From: Antedon mediterranea
Taxonomy: Eukaryota > Animalia > Echinodermata
NCBI RefSeq assembly: GCF_964355755.1
Contig: NC_092676.1
Coordinates: 29,220,871 to 29,284,870 of the forward strand
DNA length: 64,000 nt
Direction of reading: 5' to 3'
This document shows positions 39,301-50,971 of the stretch, piece after piece. The notes under the pieces were generated by a model, which had not been told where the DNA came from, did not search any database, and saw only the letters and a program-made list of their open reading frames with translations. The position numbers and the translations under genes were made by a program. The number at the start of each line of letters is the position of its first letter. Positions within the stretch are counted from its first letter, which is position 1.

Positions 39301-42300
39301 TCCCGACAGAAATGGAGTCTATTCTCAGCGATACGACCTAGAGTAGCAGCCTGCAGATAGAGGGCAGTGTCACTTTTGAAAAGATTCCCACAGAGCATTT
39401 GATCAGTTGCATCTAAACCTAATAAAACAATGGTAAACTTGTTATTGTTTAATTAAGTGAATGAAATTTATACAAGAAAAAAAAAGAACTCATTGAAATA
39501 AAACAATTTTAAATGATACAAACCATTTTCATCCATCATAGAATTTTCAAGATTTTCGTCAGTTAGGTCAAGCATATTAAGAATCAAAAGGATGGCTTTG
39601 ATTGGATCAACAAAATTCAAAATTGCTTGAGATATTTCATTTGTGATTTCCGATTGGCTAATTCCTTGCTGCTCACTAAAAATAAAATAGTAATCAACAT
39701 TGCATTTATTTGCAGTCAATGTATCATTTCTGAATAAATAAAAAGACATATTTATTTGAAAGTACATGGGCGGATCCAAGGGAGGGCATTCCTAAATTTC
39801 GCAAATTGTAATGCAAAAGATAGGACATCAAATTAAGCTCAGCCCTTCAGGTTTAGCCCTGGGTGACCCCCTATTTCTAAATCCTGGATCCGCCACAGAA
39901 GTATTTCATGTACCTTATTCCGACTAGGATACTATCAGCAATTTGTTCAACAAGAATATCTGCTTGCTCCTGGTGGAATAAATTGTGCTCAAATGATGCG
40001 ATATCCTGGCAACTTATGCGCTGCTGAATGAGTTTTAGGATCTTTGATATTGTGATAAGGTCTTGAGAGAGGGTGTGCTCTACAAGAGAAAAGATATAAG
40101 AAGATTTATAAAGTGCACATATCCACAAGGTGCTTCTGAAAAAACATGAAAAATACTAACCTTGAAATTAAAAACAAAACATTTTGAAAAAACTAATAAA
40201 GGCAGAACAATCGAACCCACATCACTGCTTCCGTAAATGTAAAAATTATAAACTGTTGATGATTACCTTACTTGATTGTGGCATTGTATCCTAACTAATT
40301 AAAATATAATACGGTTTTGCTTATTTCATATAGTTACAAATAATTACCATCTTGCATTTGTGTAAATTCTTCAAGTTTCACCATTGAACATTGCTCCGGG
40401 TTTAAGTACACTTCTTCAAGAATATCGCACGGTCTTAAAACAGAGACGACATTCTGTAAAAATAAACAAATAAATAAAAGATGTATTTCCATTTTGCAGT
40501 TCATTGTTTGTATATAATAATAATTATGATAATTTGTAACGCACCTTTTTAATCAATACTGGCATTTGTGTGTTTATATCAACAAATATTCCAACTGGTT
40601 TATTAGCAACCTGCAAAATAAATTTGTCATCAAAAATCAAATGTGCAGAAAAAAAAGGAGAGAAAATAAAATAAGCACTGAAAAAATGACAATGCTGTGG
40701 GTATCAGTGGCTGGATCTCAATGGAGATAAAAATAAAATAAGCACTGAAAAAATGACAATGCTGTGAGTATTAGTGGCTGGATCTCAATGGAGATAAAAA
40801 TAAAATAAGCACTGAAAAAATGACAATGCTGTGAGTATTAGTGGCTGGATCGCAATGGAGATACAAAAAAAAAGCACTGAAAAAAATGACAATGCTGTGG
40901 GTATCAGTGGCTGGATCGCAATGGAGATAAAAATAAAATAAGCACTGAAAAAATGACAATGCTGTGAGTATTAGTGGCTGGATCTCAATGGAGATACAAA
41001 AAAAAAGCACTGAAAAAAATGACAATGCTGTGGGTATCAGTGGCTGGATCGCAATGGAGATAAAAATAAAATAAGCACTGAAAAAATGACAATGCTGTGA
41101 GTATCAGTGGCTGGATCTCAATGGAGATACAAAATAAAATAAGCACTGAAAAAATGACAATGCTGTGGGTATCAGTGGCTGGATCTCAATGGAGATACAA
41201 AATAAAATAAGCACTGAAAAAAAAGACAATGCTATGGATATCAGTGGCTGTACCTCAATGGAGATACAAAATAAAATAAGCACTGAAAAAAATGACAATG
41301 CTGTGAGTATCAGTGGCTGTACCTCAATGGAGATACAAAATAAAATAAGCACTGAAAAAAAAGACAATGCTATGGATATCAGTGGCTGGATCGCAATGGA
41401 GATACAAAATAAAATAAAGTAAAACAGCCAAAAAATTAGCATTTACATAATCAACTTCTGAAGAAAACGAAATGTTTCCGTTTCATAATACCTTTGTAAA
41501 TCTGTTATTACTTAATTGTTTAAAAGAGTGTTGAATTATTTGTAATTGTTAAGTTGCATACCTCATGATATTGATGGCAACAAGTGTAGAAGTTAGACCA
41601 TGTCTGTTGTTGTATCTCACAATATTCATTCTGATCCATCTCCCCGCCTCCAAATCGGTGTTTAATCTCATTCTCAATAGCCGCTATCACGTCTTTCCTC
41701 AACACGTTTGGATTCAGGTTAGTCTCTGTGATGTGACCATCTATAGACCGCTGACAAATCTTAAAGGTTCAACATTGTTACACTCAAATTATAGCAGTGA
41801 AAATAAATTGATTACACATATCTGAAGCAGGTACTTACTACCAAGACTAAATCATATTTTGATGCATTCCACACAGCATATAGAAGCACTGAGCATCCAT
41901 TTACATATATTGTAAAAAATACTACTTTTCAGCCTTTTGGCTGCCGTTGTATTATTGATTTCTTTTTTATGAATAAATATACCTGAATTATTACATTTAA
42001 GTCAAAATTGAAGTTATATCCTTCTGGTGCATTTTACTGGTACTGGTTTAGTTAACCGTCTATATAGAGACATCTGGTAACCATAGTCCAACCAACAAAA
42101 GCCAAATCTGTATTACAAGATGTTAACTTTATATGCTTAAATGTGCTTTTGAATGAACTTAGTTTGTACTTACATTTAAGGCCCTGGCTATTGATTGTAA
42201 ACAGAATCTTCCGGAATCAAATATTTCTTGTAAGTAAACCTCCTGTCAATCAAATTAATATTTAGAAAAAATTACAACAATATATTTTTTTTTAAGATGG

Positions 42301-45300
42301 TCATTACTTTATAAATAAAAAAAAACCATAAAGAATGTTTAACAATTTTAAAAAAAAACGTAAAATACTTACACGAGATTCTAAGAATGGTGGAAACAAA
42401 ACCTCTGGTGTTGGATTAACAGACAAACTAACAGTCTTCCACCCTCTGTCAAATATATGAGACACTGTAAAGCTCTGTCCACCCTATCAAACTTTGTGAG
42501 ACAACAAAATGTGCCCATATATGGACACGACGACAATATCATATCACTAAAATATTTGGGCACATCACACTTTTTTGTCAAACTAGTTTGATAGTGTGGA
42601 CAGAGCTTTATTTCAATAAAATATTCATTATTTACATTTGGTACAATATTTGTTTGCACGATAATTTCAAAATCTTGCATTTTTCAATATGGGCTGAAAT
42701 TAAATAGCATTTCCTGAGCTTTCAGAAAACTTACTTATATTCAATTATTTGGAATAGCCATCAGACAATAACAAGCGCATGCATTGAATTACAATAGTCA
42801 TACCCTTTAAGATCTGTATATTTAGCAATAGTCTCTGCTCCAGATGTCCAAACTGTCCAGACGTGTTGTTCAGATAGGCAAAAGTCTACCAAAGTATCTT
42901 TGGGTGAATACAAAGAGGCTAGCTTCTTCAACTGGTATTTGCCATTTTGTTGTAAAAACTGTACTAACATAAACTAAAAGAAAAAATCAATATTTTGAAA
43001 TAACAAATAGTGTCTGTTAAATTTACATCAATAAAAATTAATCATTACCTAATACCACAATGGTTTTGAGAAAAAAAAAATGCATATATAACATTCAAAC
43101 CAAAAAATTTTTATTGTTACCTGACATCGATCTGGGAAATCTAAGTAGACTCCAAGAATCAGATGTTTGTTATCACTGCCATAAGCTTTCTTTATTATGT
43201 GACCTGTAGCTACAGCATCATGTATATCACTTTTGTCTGGAATGAAGTCTAGCAAGCTAGATGAGACAATGCACTCCTGATTCTGTGGTAAGAATTAGAA
43301 TACGAAAATCAATGGTTTTTTTTTAATATCAGAAATATTGTGAAATATTGACAATAATAATAATGGCTTTTAGCTCTGTATCACTATCAAACTATATGTG
43401 AGAAAAATGTGATGTGCCCATATATGGACATGATGATGTCATATCACTACTATATTTGGGCATATGACACACACATTTTTTGTCACACTAGTTTGATAGT
43501 GTAGACAGACCTTTATATAAATGAAGTCATATAACAGACTTCTGCTATCAGACTGACCTGGAATTTGAAGACAAGTATTAAATGGCTTTAGCTTTAATTT
43601 AAAAATACACTAATCAAACAGGCTTTTATTTACAACTAGCAATTGACACTGACATACCTTGCATGACCAGATACGGAGGAAGTGATCCTTACACACAGAA
43701 ATGATGAATGTATCTTGACCTAAGCTGTGCATGCAGACACTCAAAGCAGCATCGGTGGAGTCTTGACCTCCTCTGAACACAGACGGAACCAAGCCACTAA
43801 GAAGCCGAGACATGCCTAGAGGTTGGCTTAGCTCTCGTTGAGACACTATACCTGAAAGATAAGAAATTGGAATGCCATTCTTCAGAAGGGTAAACAATGA
43901 CTTCCTACCTTTATTTTGTGCTATTTATTTATTTATATAATTATTGTACAGTAACTTCGTGTAATGTTTTTTCTATTTTGTTAATGGTGGTCTCTGCTTA
44001 AAGTCTAGACACATTTTGACCACCATCCACATTTATATATATTTAATTATTTATAAACACATTAGGCATAGAACATTATTTCTAAACCGCCTGGTGATAT
44101 ACCGAAATTTAATTAATTACTTTAAAACGATAAGATGAGGAAATCTGTAGGAATAAGAAAAAGTCGCCCCAACCGAGATTCGAACCCGGACCTTCTGCTT
44201 GATATGCAGATGTATTATTTGTGGAAAATCAATAAACAAACAAACCTCCTAAACCAATAGCAGTCAGTTTCACCAGAATGATAGAGCCTTTACGAGTTGT
44301 CATTGCAAAGAGAGCTTCACCCTCATTTGTAAGGCATGACGAACTGGTGTGAATCTCGTGATGGTGGGACCCGGTTTGATCCAGTGTATACAGGTTGGCT
44401 GGGTCCTGTATACTGGCTATAGAAATGTCAGCAAATATTGATGATATAGTACAGTCAGAGGCATATTGGTCCTGAAGAAGAAATATTGTTACAATTTACT
44501 TAACGCAAAGTGTCTTTGTCAATCAGTAGAAGACACAAAGATGTTTTGTCCCCCAAAAGCATGAACATTACAATTAATAAAATCAGATTTTCAATAGGCC
44601 ATTTTGTAGTTTTGATCAAGTTAATGACTTCCACAGAAAAAAATTAATACAAAATTTCACTTATAAAAAGACAAAACAAATAGTTAAATTCAACCATAAC
44701 CAATTTCCTGGCAGCCAATTTGACTATTTTTTACTTTAAATTATATTTTTTTCAGGTAAATAATTTTTGTTTTTGATCAAATTTTTGGTTGAAGTGAAAA
44801 AATGGCATATTCAACAAAAAAAATTGAAAAAAATATTTTTTTTTCAGGGAACAATATATCATTTAAATAAGACATTTAAAACACATAAATATTTACCACT
44901 CGTTGCATTCTAGATGGATGGGGAAACACCAATCTGAGAACGCTGTTGACGGTGGTGACAAGGATGATAACGTTAGCGTGTGTCTCATGCACAGTGACTG
45001 TAGGGAGGATGACAGAACCCTGCATGTGGATTCTAACAGCATTCCCACAAAGGTTGCCATCAAGGGAGTCTTCTATCAGCTCTAAGGTGTCCTTACTTGA
45101 TCGCCTGAAATAATAGTAACAGTTTAATAGTCTAAAGATCTGTCTACACTATCAAACAAAATGTGACAACAAAATGTGATGTGCCCATATATGGACACGA
45201 TGATGTCATATCATTACCATATTTAAGCATATCACTACCATATTTGAGCACATCACACTTTTTTTGTCCCACTAGTTTGATAGTGTAGACAAAGCTTAAC

Positions 45301-47771
45301 ATTTTAGCCACAACTTTCATAAATTTGCATTTTCTGTTCATTCATTAAATGCATCGCCCGAGGATGCTGTTTCTACATCTAGCATTAGTTCTATTAAATC
45401 TGCTCTTGCAAAAGCTCACAGTAAGCATCCATTATTGTTCAATTTTTCTGCAATATGATCTGACCTAAAATATTGTTGTACTTATTCAATCAAGGAAGTA
45501 ATCAGTAAGTAATAATTCATACAGAAGATAATCAAACTGAATAGTAAGTATGAATCAACTCACCAATAGATAAACCTATTTCTTGTGGCTGAATCCACAT
45601 GGTCGCTATGACGATATGTGAAGCCACTTGCACCGTCTGGTACCTGGACATCTTGTAAAGCACTCTGACCATCCCCTGAAAACAATTAGAAAGTACTCAA
45701 TTATATTACTGATGGATATAGGATATTAACTGCAACTAGCCTTATGAATCTTACAAGGACTACTAACAATACTTACAGAGATGAGAATATGCCACAGATT
45801 AGACAGTAGTATCCAAGCAATGCTACTTTAAGTCTTCACCCAATTTTACCAATCTCATGCAGCTTAAAGGCCAATTTACACAGATGAGCTGAAACAGCAA
45901 ACATGACCATGTAGCTTGTCCCACGTACATAGACATAGATTCTATATTATCGTTACCGCTCGTCTGTGTAAATTGGCCTTTAGGTTTTAGGTTAAATTAC
46001 CCACCAACAAATACAACACAATGGAAGCCTCGTACAGTGGTGATTGCACTCCATTGGACGAAACCTAGTTATGATCAATGCGTGATCGTGTGACGTGTAT
46101 GGTGTATATGATATTCCTCTTTGGGTTATTCCATTGTAGGTGTAGGTAGGTCTTAAAGTTTCAGTTAAATTGCCCATACAACAACACAGTGGAATGGAAA
46201 CATCGTACAGTGGTGATTGCACTCTGCACTCTGGACAAAACATAGTTATGATCAATGCGTGCATATATGATATTCCTTTTTGGGTTATTCCATTGTAGGT
46301 GTAGGTAGGTTTATTAAGTCTCAATTTTTTCTTTAAATGATGAATGAATTGGTATATAGAATTTCACTCTATAGTGAGTTTATAACTGGACTGAAATAAT
46401 GCTTATCTCAGTGTGTGTGTGTTATTAAATTGCAACTTGCAATGGGTGGGAAAATTCTTCATTAATGTCAAACCATGGTGGATATTTCCTCCATGGTCAA
46501 ACATAGAATACGGCAAGATTTTAATGATACAGAATGTGAACACAACAATGCATATTTTGAACATGTTGAATCTATTTTCCCCTCGAACAGGAAAATAGAA
46601 TGTTTGGTTTATCCAGGTAAGCTATAGATGCTCAAAATAGACCTACAAATCAATAACATCCTTTTAAATATTATTAATGGTATTTGAACGGAAATACATT
46701 GTCATTGTCGGTCATGCTTGAATGGGTAACAAACTAAAGACAAACTATCGCACTGAAAACCAATCATTTCACAGAATTATTCATAATACATTAGGCCTAA
46801 ATTATTTATTAGAGATTGGCTGATTATTGTTACATAGCAACAAAATATTGTTACCAGTAATATTCCACGAATATATTAAAATCTTTTGTATAAAAAAACC
46901 CTATAAATATAGAATAAACATCCACAATAGTAATACAATATTATATATTTTAGCTGGGGTGTTACATACTATATTTCAGAACAGCACAAATAGATTTTGC
47001 CCATTGGTCCGTACAAATTGTTTACTGCGATATAACAAAAGCTGTAATCATTGATTCTTGTCTTGGCCTAGCGTTAACAACAACGCATTAATGCAAATAA
47101 ATAAGAATGGATTGGACCGGCAGGATGTTCAACGCGCGGTATTTAAACGGAAATACAAACGCATGATTCATGAATGATTGAATTTGTTCAATTGTGTTGG
47201 TTTAAAATAAAATTTTTAGGGCCCTACTTGCTAGCTAGGCATAGAAACAAGAATTATTATTAGGCCTACAATACAATACAAATTTTATTTTTATTTATTA
47301 ACATTAATAATAATTAGGCCTAGGAGGCCTACCTAGGCCTAATAATATTAATAAATAAATATTATTAATTATGGGTTGTAATTCAATATTAATAGGAAAT
47401 ACTCACTCAAGTAATCCTCATTTAAAAATTAAATGCAGAGTAGGCTAAGTGAAAATACTTTAACAAAAAAAAGTTAGGGCTAGCATAGCCGAGGCTAGTG
47501 GTGCAAGTTTTGGAAAACTATTTTAACTCACTCCACCCGCCCAGTCCACCGCATGCATGATGGCAATACAGGCCTAATTTGAAATGTGGGCCTGGCGTTG
47601 GCAAATTATATTTAAAAAACAGAGACAAAATAAGATAATAGAAATTACAATAAATGTTAGCTTTTTACCTATATTAATGGTTAAATCTTTCCATTCAAAT
47701 GCATCAGAATTAAATAATAACAATTCTGATAGGCAACTCATCATGCCTTCTTCGCGCTCCGTAGCCGCCAT
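30308..47771 (-). CDS. NUP160: Nuclear pore complex protein Nup160, more than 30 exons
   Basis: Start MAATERE (47771); exons encoding NRFIYW, CKDHFLRIWSCK, MYEYGMRLGQE, QAKCYLAAMNSLRLVDTDYAWIVKP, LLSLGYHIPNWLFNSYK, EYIDAVLGKG, LPYLAIDHL; TGA at 30308-30310. Confidence 0.93.
30544..30702. mobile_element. MITE family A copy
   Basis: agctctgtctacactattaaac...gtttgatagtgtggacagagct. Confidence 0.82.
31167..31504. repeat. 84-bp tandem array, 4 copies
   Basis: Unit acaaaatgaaacataacaattactgagttcatagtgcacg...cacatacattgatgt, between a NUP160 acceptor and the LTR element. Confidence 0.95.
31512..32012 (-). repeat. 3' LTR (501 bp)
   Basis: Preceded on the minus strand by polypurine tract AGAAAGAGAGGGGAG (32027-32013). 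Confidence 0.95.
32086..33225 (-). CDS. LTR-element ORF: Gln-rich Gag-like N-terminus fused to integrase zinc-binding domain (379 aa)
   Basis: QLVVPYPCRNSVLKVSHDIPLAGHLGRKKTLDRIKQRFFWPGIRKDVTEYCNTCEICQK is an HHCC finger; the ORF degrades at the start of the integrase core. Confidence 0.8.
   Translation of the reverse strand: MADKQSTTRSGREYSGGDESDSEVESVQSLQPEQQAEESVPTSGHNPTGADSSSKNVWLLMQHQMQQWNLMMQQQMQQQMQQQNLMMRQMIEHFFEKKVQNRKHENQNNQEKTVKGTPEVATRDHARKEKLREENELKSEKASGVISHQLDDVVNFQEEFGHLDGQLLSNNPPKEKVHKTRSEKRKVRKEFAKTKEAQSSQDSELDILDIGRDKIKDYQVKDRTLISLREQMLVQKDDDTIKIVCKDGILFRQVFTKHQIEPIEQLVVPYPCRNSVLKVSHDIPLAGHLGRKKTLDRIKQRFFWPGIRKDVTEYCNTCEICQKTSKYRTKFKDFMIPMSVISEPFGQIYMNVVCSLLVIINNYVPCYYGVFKFYRLGVG
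33569..33582 (-). promoter_or_regulatory. Primer binding site, tRNA-Leu-like
   Basis: Minus-strand TGGTGGCAGCGGTG 5 nt after the 5' LTR, complementary to a tRNA-Leu 3' end (...CACCGCUGCCACCA). Confidence 0.75.
33588..34102 (-). repeat. 5' LTR (515 bp)
   Basis: Direct repeat of 31512-32012, with one extra 12-bp unit (aacctctaatcc), two 1-bp indels and about two substitutions. Confidence 0.95.
34958..35179. mobile_element. Degenerate Tc1/mariner-like MITE
   Basis: tacaataaaacct...aagttctactgta ends with internal aaggggacac repeats; related sequence at about 15961-16297 and 17095-17325. Confidence 0.5.
35947..36064. mobile_element. MITE family A copy
   Basis: agctctgtctacactatcaaac...ttgatagtgtggacagagct, a few nt from a NUP160 donor. 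Confidence 0.82.
36915..37110 (+). mobile_element. tRNA-derived SINE
   Basis: B-box GGTTCGAATCC (about 36965) followed by tccttaggcaagacgctttac...ccactcaggtgtatacaatgagtac, a typical invertebrate SINE2 body. Confidence 0.7.
37440..37615 (+). mobile_element. Penelope-like element remnant with degenerate minimal hammerhead ribozyme
   Basis: ttctc-a-CTAATGA-gga-cgatcaa agtata ttgatc-GAAAC-atc-gagaa at 37475-37522. Confidence 0.6.
38423..38537 (-). other. U12-type (minor spliceosome) GT-AG intron in NUP160, 115 nt
   Basis: Minus-strand donor GTATCCTTT (38537-38529), branch site TTCCTTAAT (38445-38437) about 14 nt from the 3' AG; splicing restores ...LLRLV-WP. Confidence 0.88.
38863..39005. mobile_element. 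MITE family A copy
   Basis: agctctgtctaaactatcaaac...gtttgatagtgtagacaaggct, TTA/TTA flanks. Confidence 0.82.
40664..41418 (+). repeat. About 65-bp minisatellite array, about 11 copies, same family as 6307-6987, in NUP160 intron
   Basis: Unit caatgctgtgggtatcagtggctggatctcaatggagatacaaaataaaataagcactgaaaaaatga. Confidence 0.95.
42471..42607. mobile_element. MITE family A copy
   Basis: agctctgtccaccctatcaaac...gtttgatagtgtggacagagct. Confidence 0.82.
43372..43512. mobile_element. MITE family A copy
   Basis: agctctgtatcactatcaaac...gtttgatagtgtagacagacct. Confidence 0.8.
44160..44215 (-). mobile_element. tRNA-derived fragment (SINE head or tRNA pseudogene 3' half)
   Basis: Minus strand tctgcatatcaagcagaaggtccgggttcgaatctcggttggggcg: anticodon-arm-like hairpin plus T-arm; no D arm or 5' acceptor strand. 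Confidence 0.5.
45137..45296. mobile_element. MITE family A copy
   Basis: agatctgtctacactatcaaac...gtttgatagtgtagacaaagct, TAA/TAA flanks. Further partial copies at about 690-810, 21530-21648 and 56631-56741. Confidence 0.8.
45868..45980. mobile_element. Small MITE with about 22-bp TIR
   Basis: aggccaatttacacagatgagc...gctcgtctgtgtaaattggcct, TAA/TTA flanks. Confidence 0.75.
45991..46325. repeat. Diverged tandem duplication of about 170 bp in NUP160 intron 1
   Basis: tcgtacagtggtgattgcactc...tagttatgatcaatgcgtg...ttgggttattccattgtaggtgtaggtagg occurs twice. Confidence 0.85.
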
Positions 47772-48604
47772 GTTTTTTTTTTTATAAAAGAAGTTTCCTT
47801 TATTATATTGCGCATGTGCAAAAGTCAATCATATTCAAAAAATGATTTGACTTTTTTACATACAGTAATTGTTGTTTCATAATGTTTGTAATAATATACA
47901 AACTAGGACTGGTTATCTATGTTAGCAAAAGTTAACTTTGCAGATAACTTAAATAATATCGATCAATCAATAATAATGTTTTCAATAAGAGTGTTTTTTT
48001 TATTTTATTTATTTCGATACCATACAACAAGAAAAAAACCGTATAAAAACGAATAAATCACTTTGAATTTGAATGCCTTCTGACAAAGATATACAATTTT
48101 AAATGTTAAATAAAAATACAAAACTACTGCACAATTAAATTCTTCCTGAGGAAATAACTAAGAAGGATGAAACAATTTTATAAAAGTTAAAACTGTATAG
48201 GCCTACACAATATTAAAATTATTTGGCAGGCCTGAATACAGAAATAAAAACATTTATCTCTCTTTCTCGTCCGACAATATATTTTCTTTTAATTTTAATT
48301 TATGCTCATGATAGTTTAGTAAATATGGAACAGTACTAAAAATACATTAGGCCTACATTATTCTAAGAGGTTTTTTGGTCATGTGAAAAAGGAAGAAGAT
48401 CTATTCCGTAGAATGTGGCGGCTGATTAAACGCAACGTTGACCAATCACAATGTGTTATTCAACAATCGCTTGTCATTTTGGTCAACTCGCATGGGGTTG
48501 CGCGCGCTATAAAACGTCCTTGCGTTGCGTTCTACTGCTACTAATGGACCATTTTCCTTTTCCGTTTTATATATAATAATATTACGTGACATTAGTGCAC
48601 TTCC

Positions 48605-48888
48605 AGAAACGCTAAGCGACGCTCTGCAGCAATGGTTTGAACTTGTTACTGCTGGGGAATAACAAATGATACTACTGCAGTACACCACTCATTACTGCAG
48701 TGCAGTATGTCTTATTAGAAACGTTAAGTGATGCTCTGCGGCAATGGTTTGAACTTGTTACTGCTGGGTAATAACAAATAATACTACTGCAGTACACCAC
48801 TCATTACTGCAGTATGTCTTATTAGAAACGCTAAGTGATGCTCTGCGGCAATGGTTTGAACTTGTTACTGCTGGGGAATAACAAATAA
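48605..48888. repeat. About 108-bp tandem repeat, 2.6 copies
   Basis: agaaacgctaagtgatgctctgcggcaatggtttgaacttgttactgctggggaataacaaat at about 48605, 48717 and 48824. Confidence 0.9.
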
Positions 48889-49035
48889 CATATATAATAA
48901 ATATAATATAGTATGATTTAAAGGTAGGAAAACCATAATAATGCTTTTGACTACAAACTATAGTATAACATAAACTCAAAATACTCAAATTAATTAAGGT
49001 ATACATTGATTTCAGGGAGAAAACTAGTCTAATAT

Positions 49036-49181
49036 TACTAGGTAGACAGAATTACTATATACAGTATGTGATCACTTTATATTAATACTAGATAGACAGA
49101 ATTACTATATACAGTATGTGATCACTTTATATTAATACTAGGTAGACAGAATTACTATATACAGTATGTGATCACTTTATT
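49036..49181. repeat. 50-bp tandem repeat, 3 copies, downstream of TRIM stop
   Basis: tactaggtagacagaattactatatacagtatgtgatcactttat three times. Confidence 0.92.
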
Positions 49182-49279
49182 AAAGTACAATCTACTTCCA
49201 TTCCATACCGGTACAATTAATAGATAATTTGATTTAATGTAATTGATCTTTCATTCAACTTTGTTTCTGTAATGATATA

Positions 49280-50971
49280 TTAATAGTTTAAAATTTGAAT
49301 TGTGTTGTTACCCCAATTTGTTACAGCAACAATACATGGGTTATGAGAAATGATACATAACTGCTGTGGTACACTAATTCCATCTTCTTGTTTATCAAGT
49401 CTTCGGATAAATTGACCATCACTAGTGAATAGTTGTAGTTTGTTTACACTTGCTATGATGATGTTATCATCCTCATCAACTACAACTCCATCTGGCATTA
49501 TCACCTCACCATCTTCATCTCCTTCATTGATGAGTACTTTCAGTGACTTGTCCTTGTCATCATACAATAATACTTGATGATTATCTGCATCTGCTACAAG
49601 TACTTTACCAGTTTTAGTAAGTGCAACATCAGAGTAAACATGTTCTTCATTTGGTGTTCCTATCTTCTTCAACTTCTTACCACTATTAATGTTAAACCTG
49701 AGCACACACCCATTTTCTCCATCTGCTACATATATAACATTAGTTGCCTCATCTATGTGAATACCACGTGGATTCTTCAATACACCCTTACCAATGGATT
49801 TGATCACATGACCATTCATATCACATACTTGAATGCAGTCAATACTTCGATCACTGAATACTATGTTGCCATTCTTCATTTTGTACATTCTGGTAACTTT
49901 CACATCTTTTTGTAGTGTAATCTTGCTTATACATTCTCCTGATTGTTTGTACTTGTGAATTGCATTTGTCCAAAATGAAACCAGCACACAATCATCATCA
50001 CACTTTCCTACTCCTCTAGGTATACCCTCTACTTTGATAGTAAGTGGTTTGAATACAACATTTCCAATGTCATTTTCTTTCAATAAATCAATTGGCTGTT
50101 TGTTTTTGATAAAGTTAATTTGTCTGCTGTCCTTTTGCTTGATTTCTTCAGATTTATTAATTTCATCCATCATTGTATTTAATACAATCTCACTTGATTT
50201 CATAGCAGTTGCTGGCTTACTCATTAGTAACTGATTTAGGAAACTTACAATTGTGTTTAATTCTTTGATTATTTTTGTTAAATTTGTAATTTGTACGTCA
50301 TTAACTTCCTTTTCCTCCATATAATTTGCTTCAACTTTTTTTCTCATTTCTTCTCCTTTTTTCTGGATTACTTGTACCATTTCTTGAATTTGGTTATCAA
50401 TATCTGTGAGACTTGCATCTTTACTTTCTTCTAGATCTTTAGCATTCTTTTTGACTACTTTAAGTACATTTTCTGTTTTGTTTATGTATTCATTGGCAGC
50501 TTTTTTCAAGTCTTCTGATGTTTCCTTAAACGTATTAAATGCTGTTACAATGTTAATTAGTTCATGTTTTCCATCTCCTGCAACATGTTCCATTGCAGTG
50601 CATTCTATGCATATTGGTACTTTACATTTTGTGCAATACATTTCTAATGGTTTAGCATGAGAGGCACACAGCAAGGCAATGTCTTTAGCCTCATCTTTCT
50701 CTTCATGTTGTTTTATGGTTTCTAAGAGGTTGTTAAGAATTGTATTTGGGGCAAGTTTTTTAAGCCCTCCTACTGGAATGGGATACTCTTTGCGGCAAAT
50801 AGGACATGTTAGCTTGCCATGATTGGTTCGAACCCAATTCTTCAAACATTTCAGACAGAAACTATGAAGGCAGCTAAGTGATTTTGGGTCTTCTAGTCTT
50901 CCATTACAGATAGAACATTCTAGTACTTTATCATCTATATCTCCAAGTAGACTTAAATCCTTGCTAGCCAT
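49280..50971 (-). CDS. TRIM protein (RING, B-box 2, coiled coil, NHL-like propeller), TRIM2/3/56-like; single coding exon
   Basis: CSIC...LSCLHSFCLKCL...CPIC RING; CASH...YCTKC...ICIECTAMEH B-box; NPRGIHID, VLVADADNHQV NHL-like repeats; splice acceptor ttttgcag just before the ATG implies a 5' UTR intron. Confidence 0.88.
   Translation of the reverse strand: MASKDLSLLGDIDDKVLECSICNGRLEDPKSLSCLHSFCLKCLKNWVRTNHGKLTCPICRKEYPIPVGGLKKLAPNTILNNLLETIKQHEEKDEAKDIALLCASHAKPLEMYCTKCKVPICIECTAMEHVAGDGKHELINIVTAFNTFKETSEDLKKAANEYINKTENVLKVVKKNAKDLEESKDASLTDIDNQIQEMVQVIQKKGEEMRKKVEANYMEEKEVNDVQITNLTKIIKELNTIVSFLNQLLMSKPATAMKSSEIVLNTMMDEINKSEEIKQKDSRQINFIKNKQPIDLLKENDIGNVVFKPLTIKVEGIPRGVGKCDDDCVLVSFWTNAIHKYKQSGECISKITLQKDVKVTRMYKMKNGNIVFSDRSIDCIQVCDMNGHVIKSIGKGVLKNPRGIHIDEATNVIYVADGENGCVLRFNINSGKKLKKIGTPNEEHVYSDVALTKTGKVLVADADNHQVLLYDDKDKSLKVLINEGDEDGEVIMPDGVVVDEDDNIIIASVNKLQLFTSDGQFIRRLDKQEDGISVPQQLCIISHNPCIVAVTNWGNNTIQILNY

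Noticed and set aside
39766-39895. ggcggatcca...tggatccgcc inverted ends, with similar fragments at about 2515-2652, 26328 and 51947
   Set aside because: Probably decayed common DNA-transposon fragments; boundaries too uncertain to call.
44160-44215. Functional tRNA gene
   Set aside because: Only the 3' half is tRNA-like; no D arm or acceptor stem.
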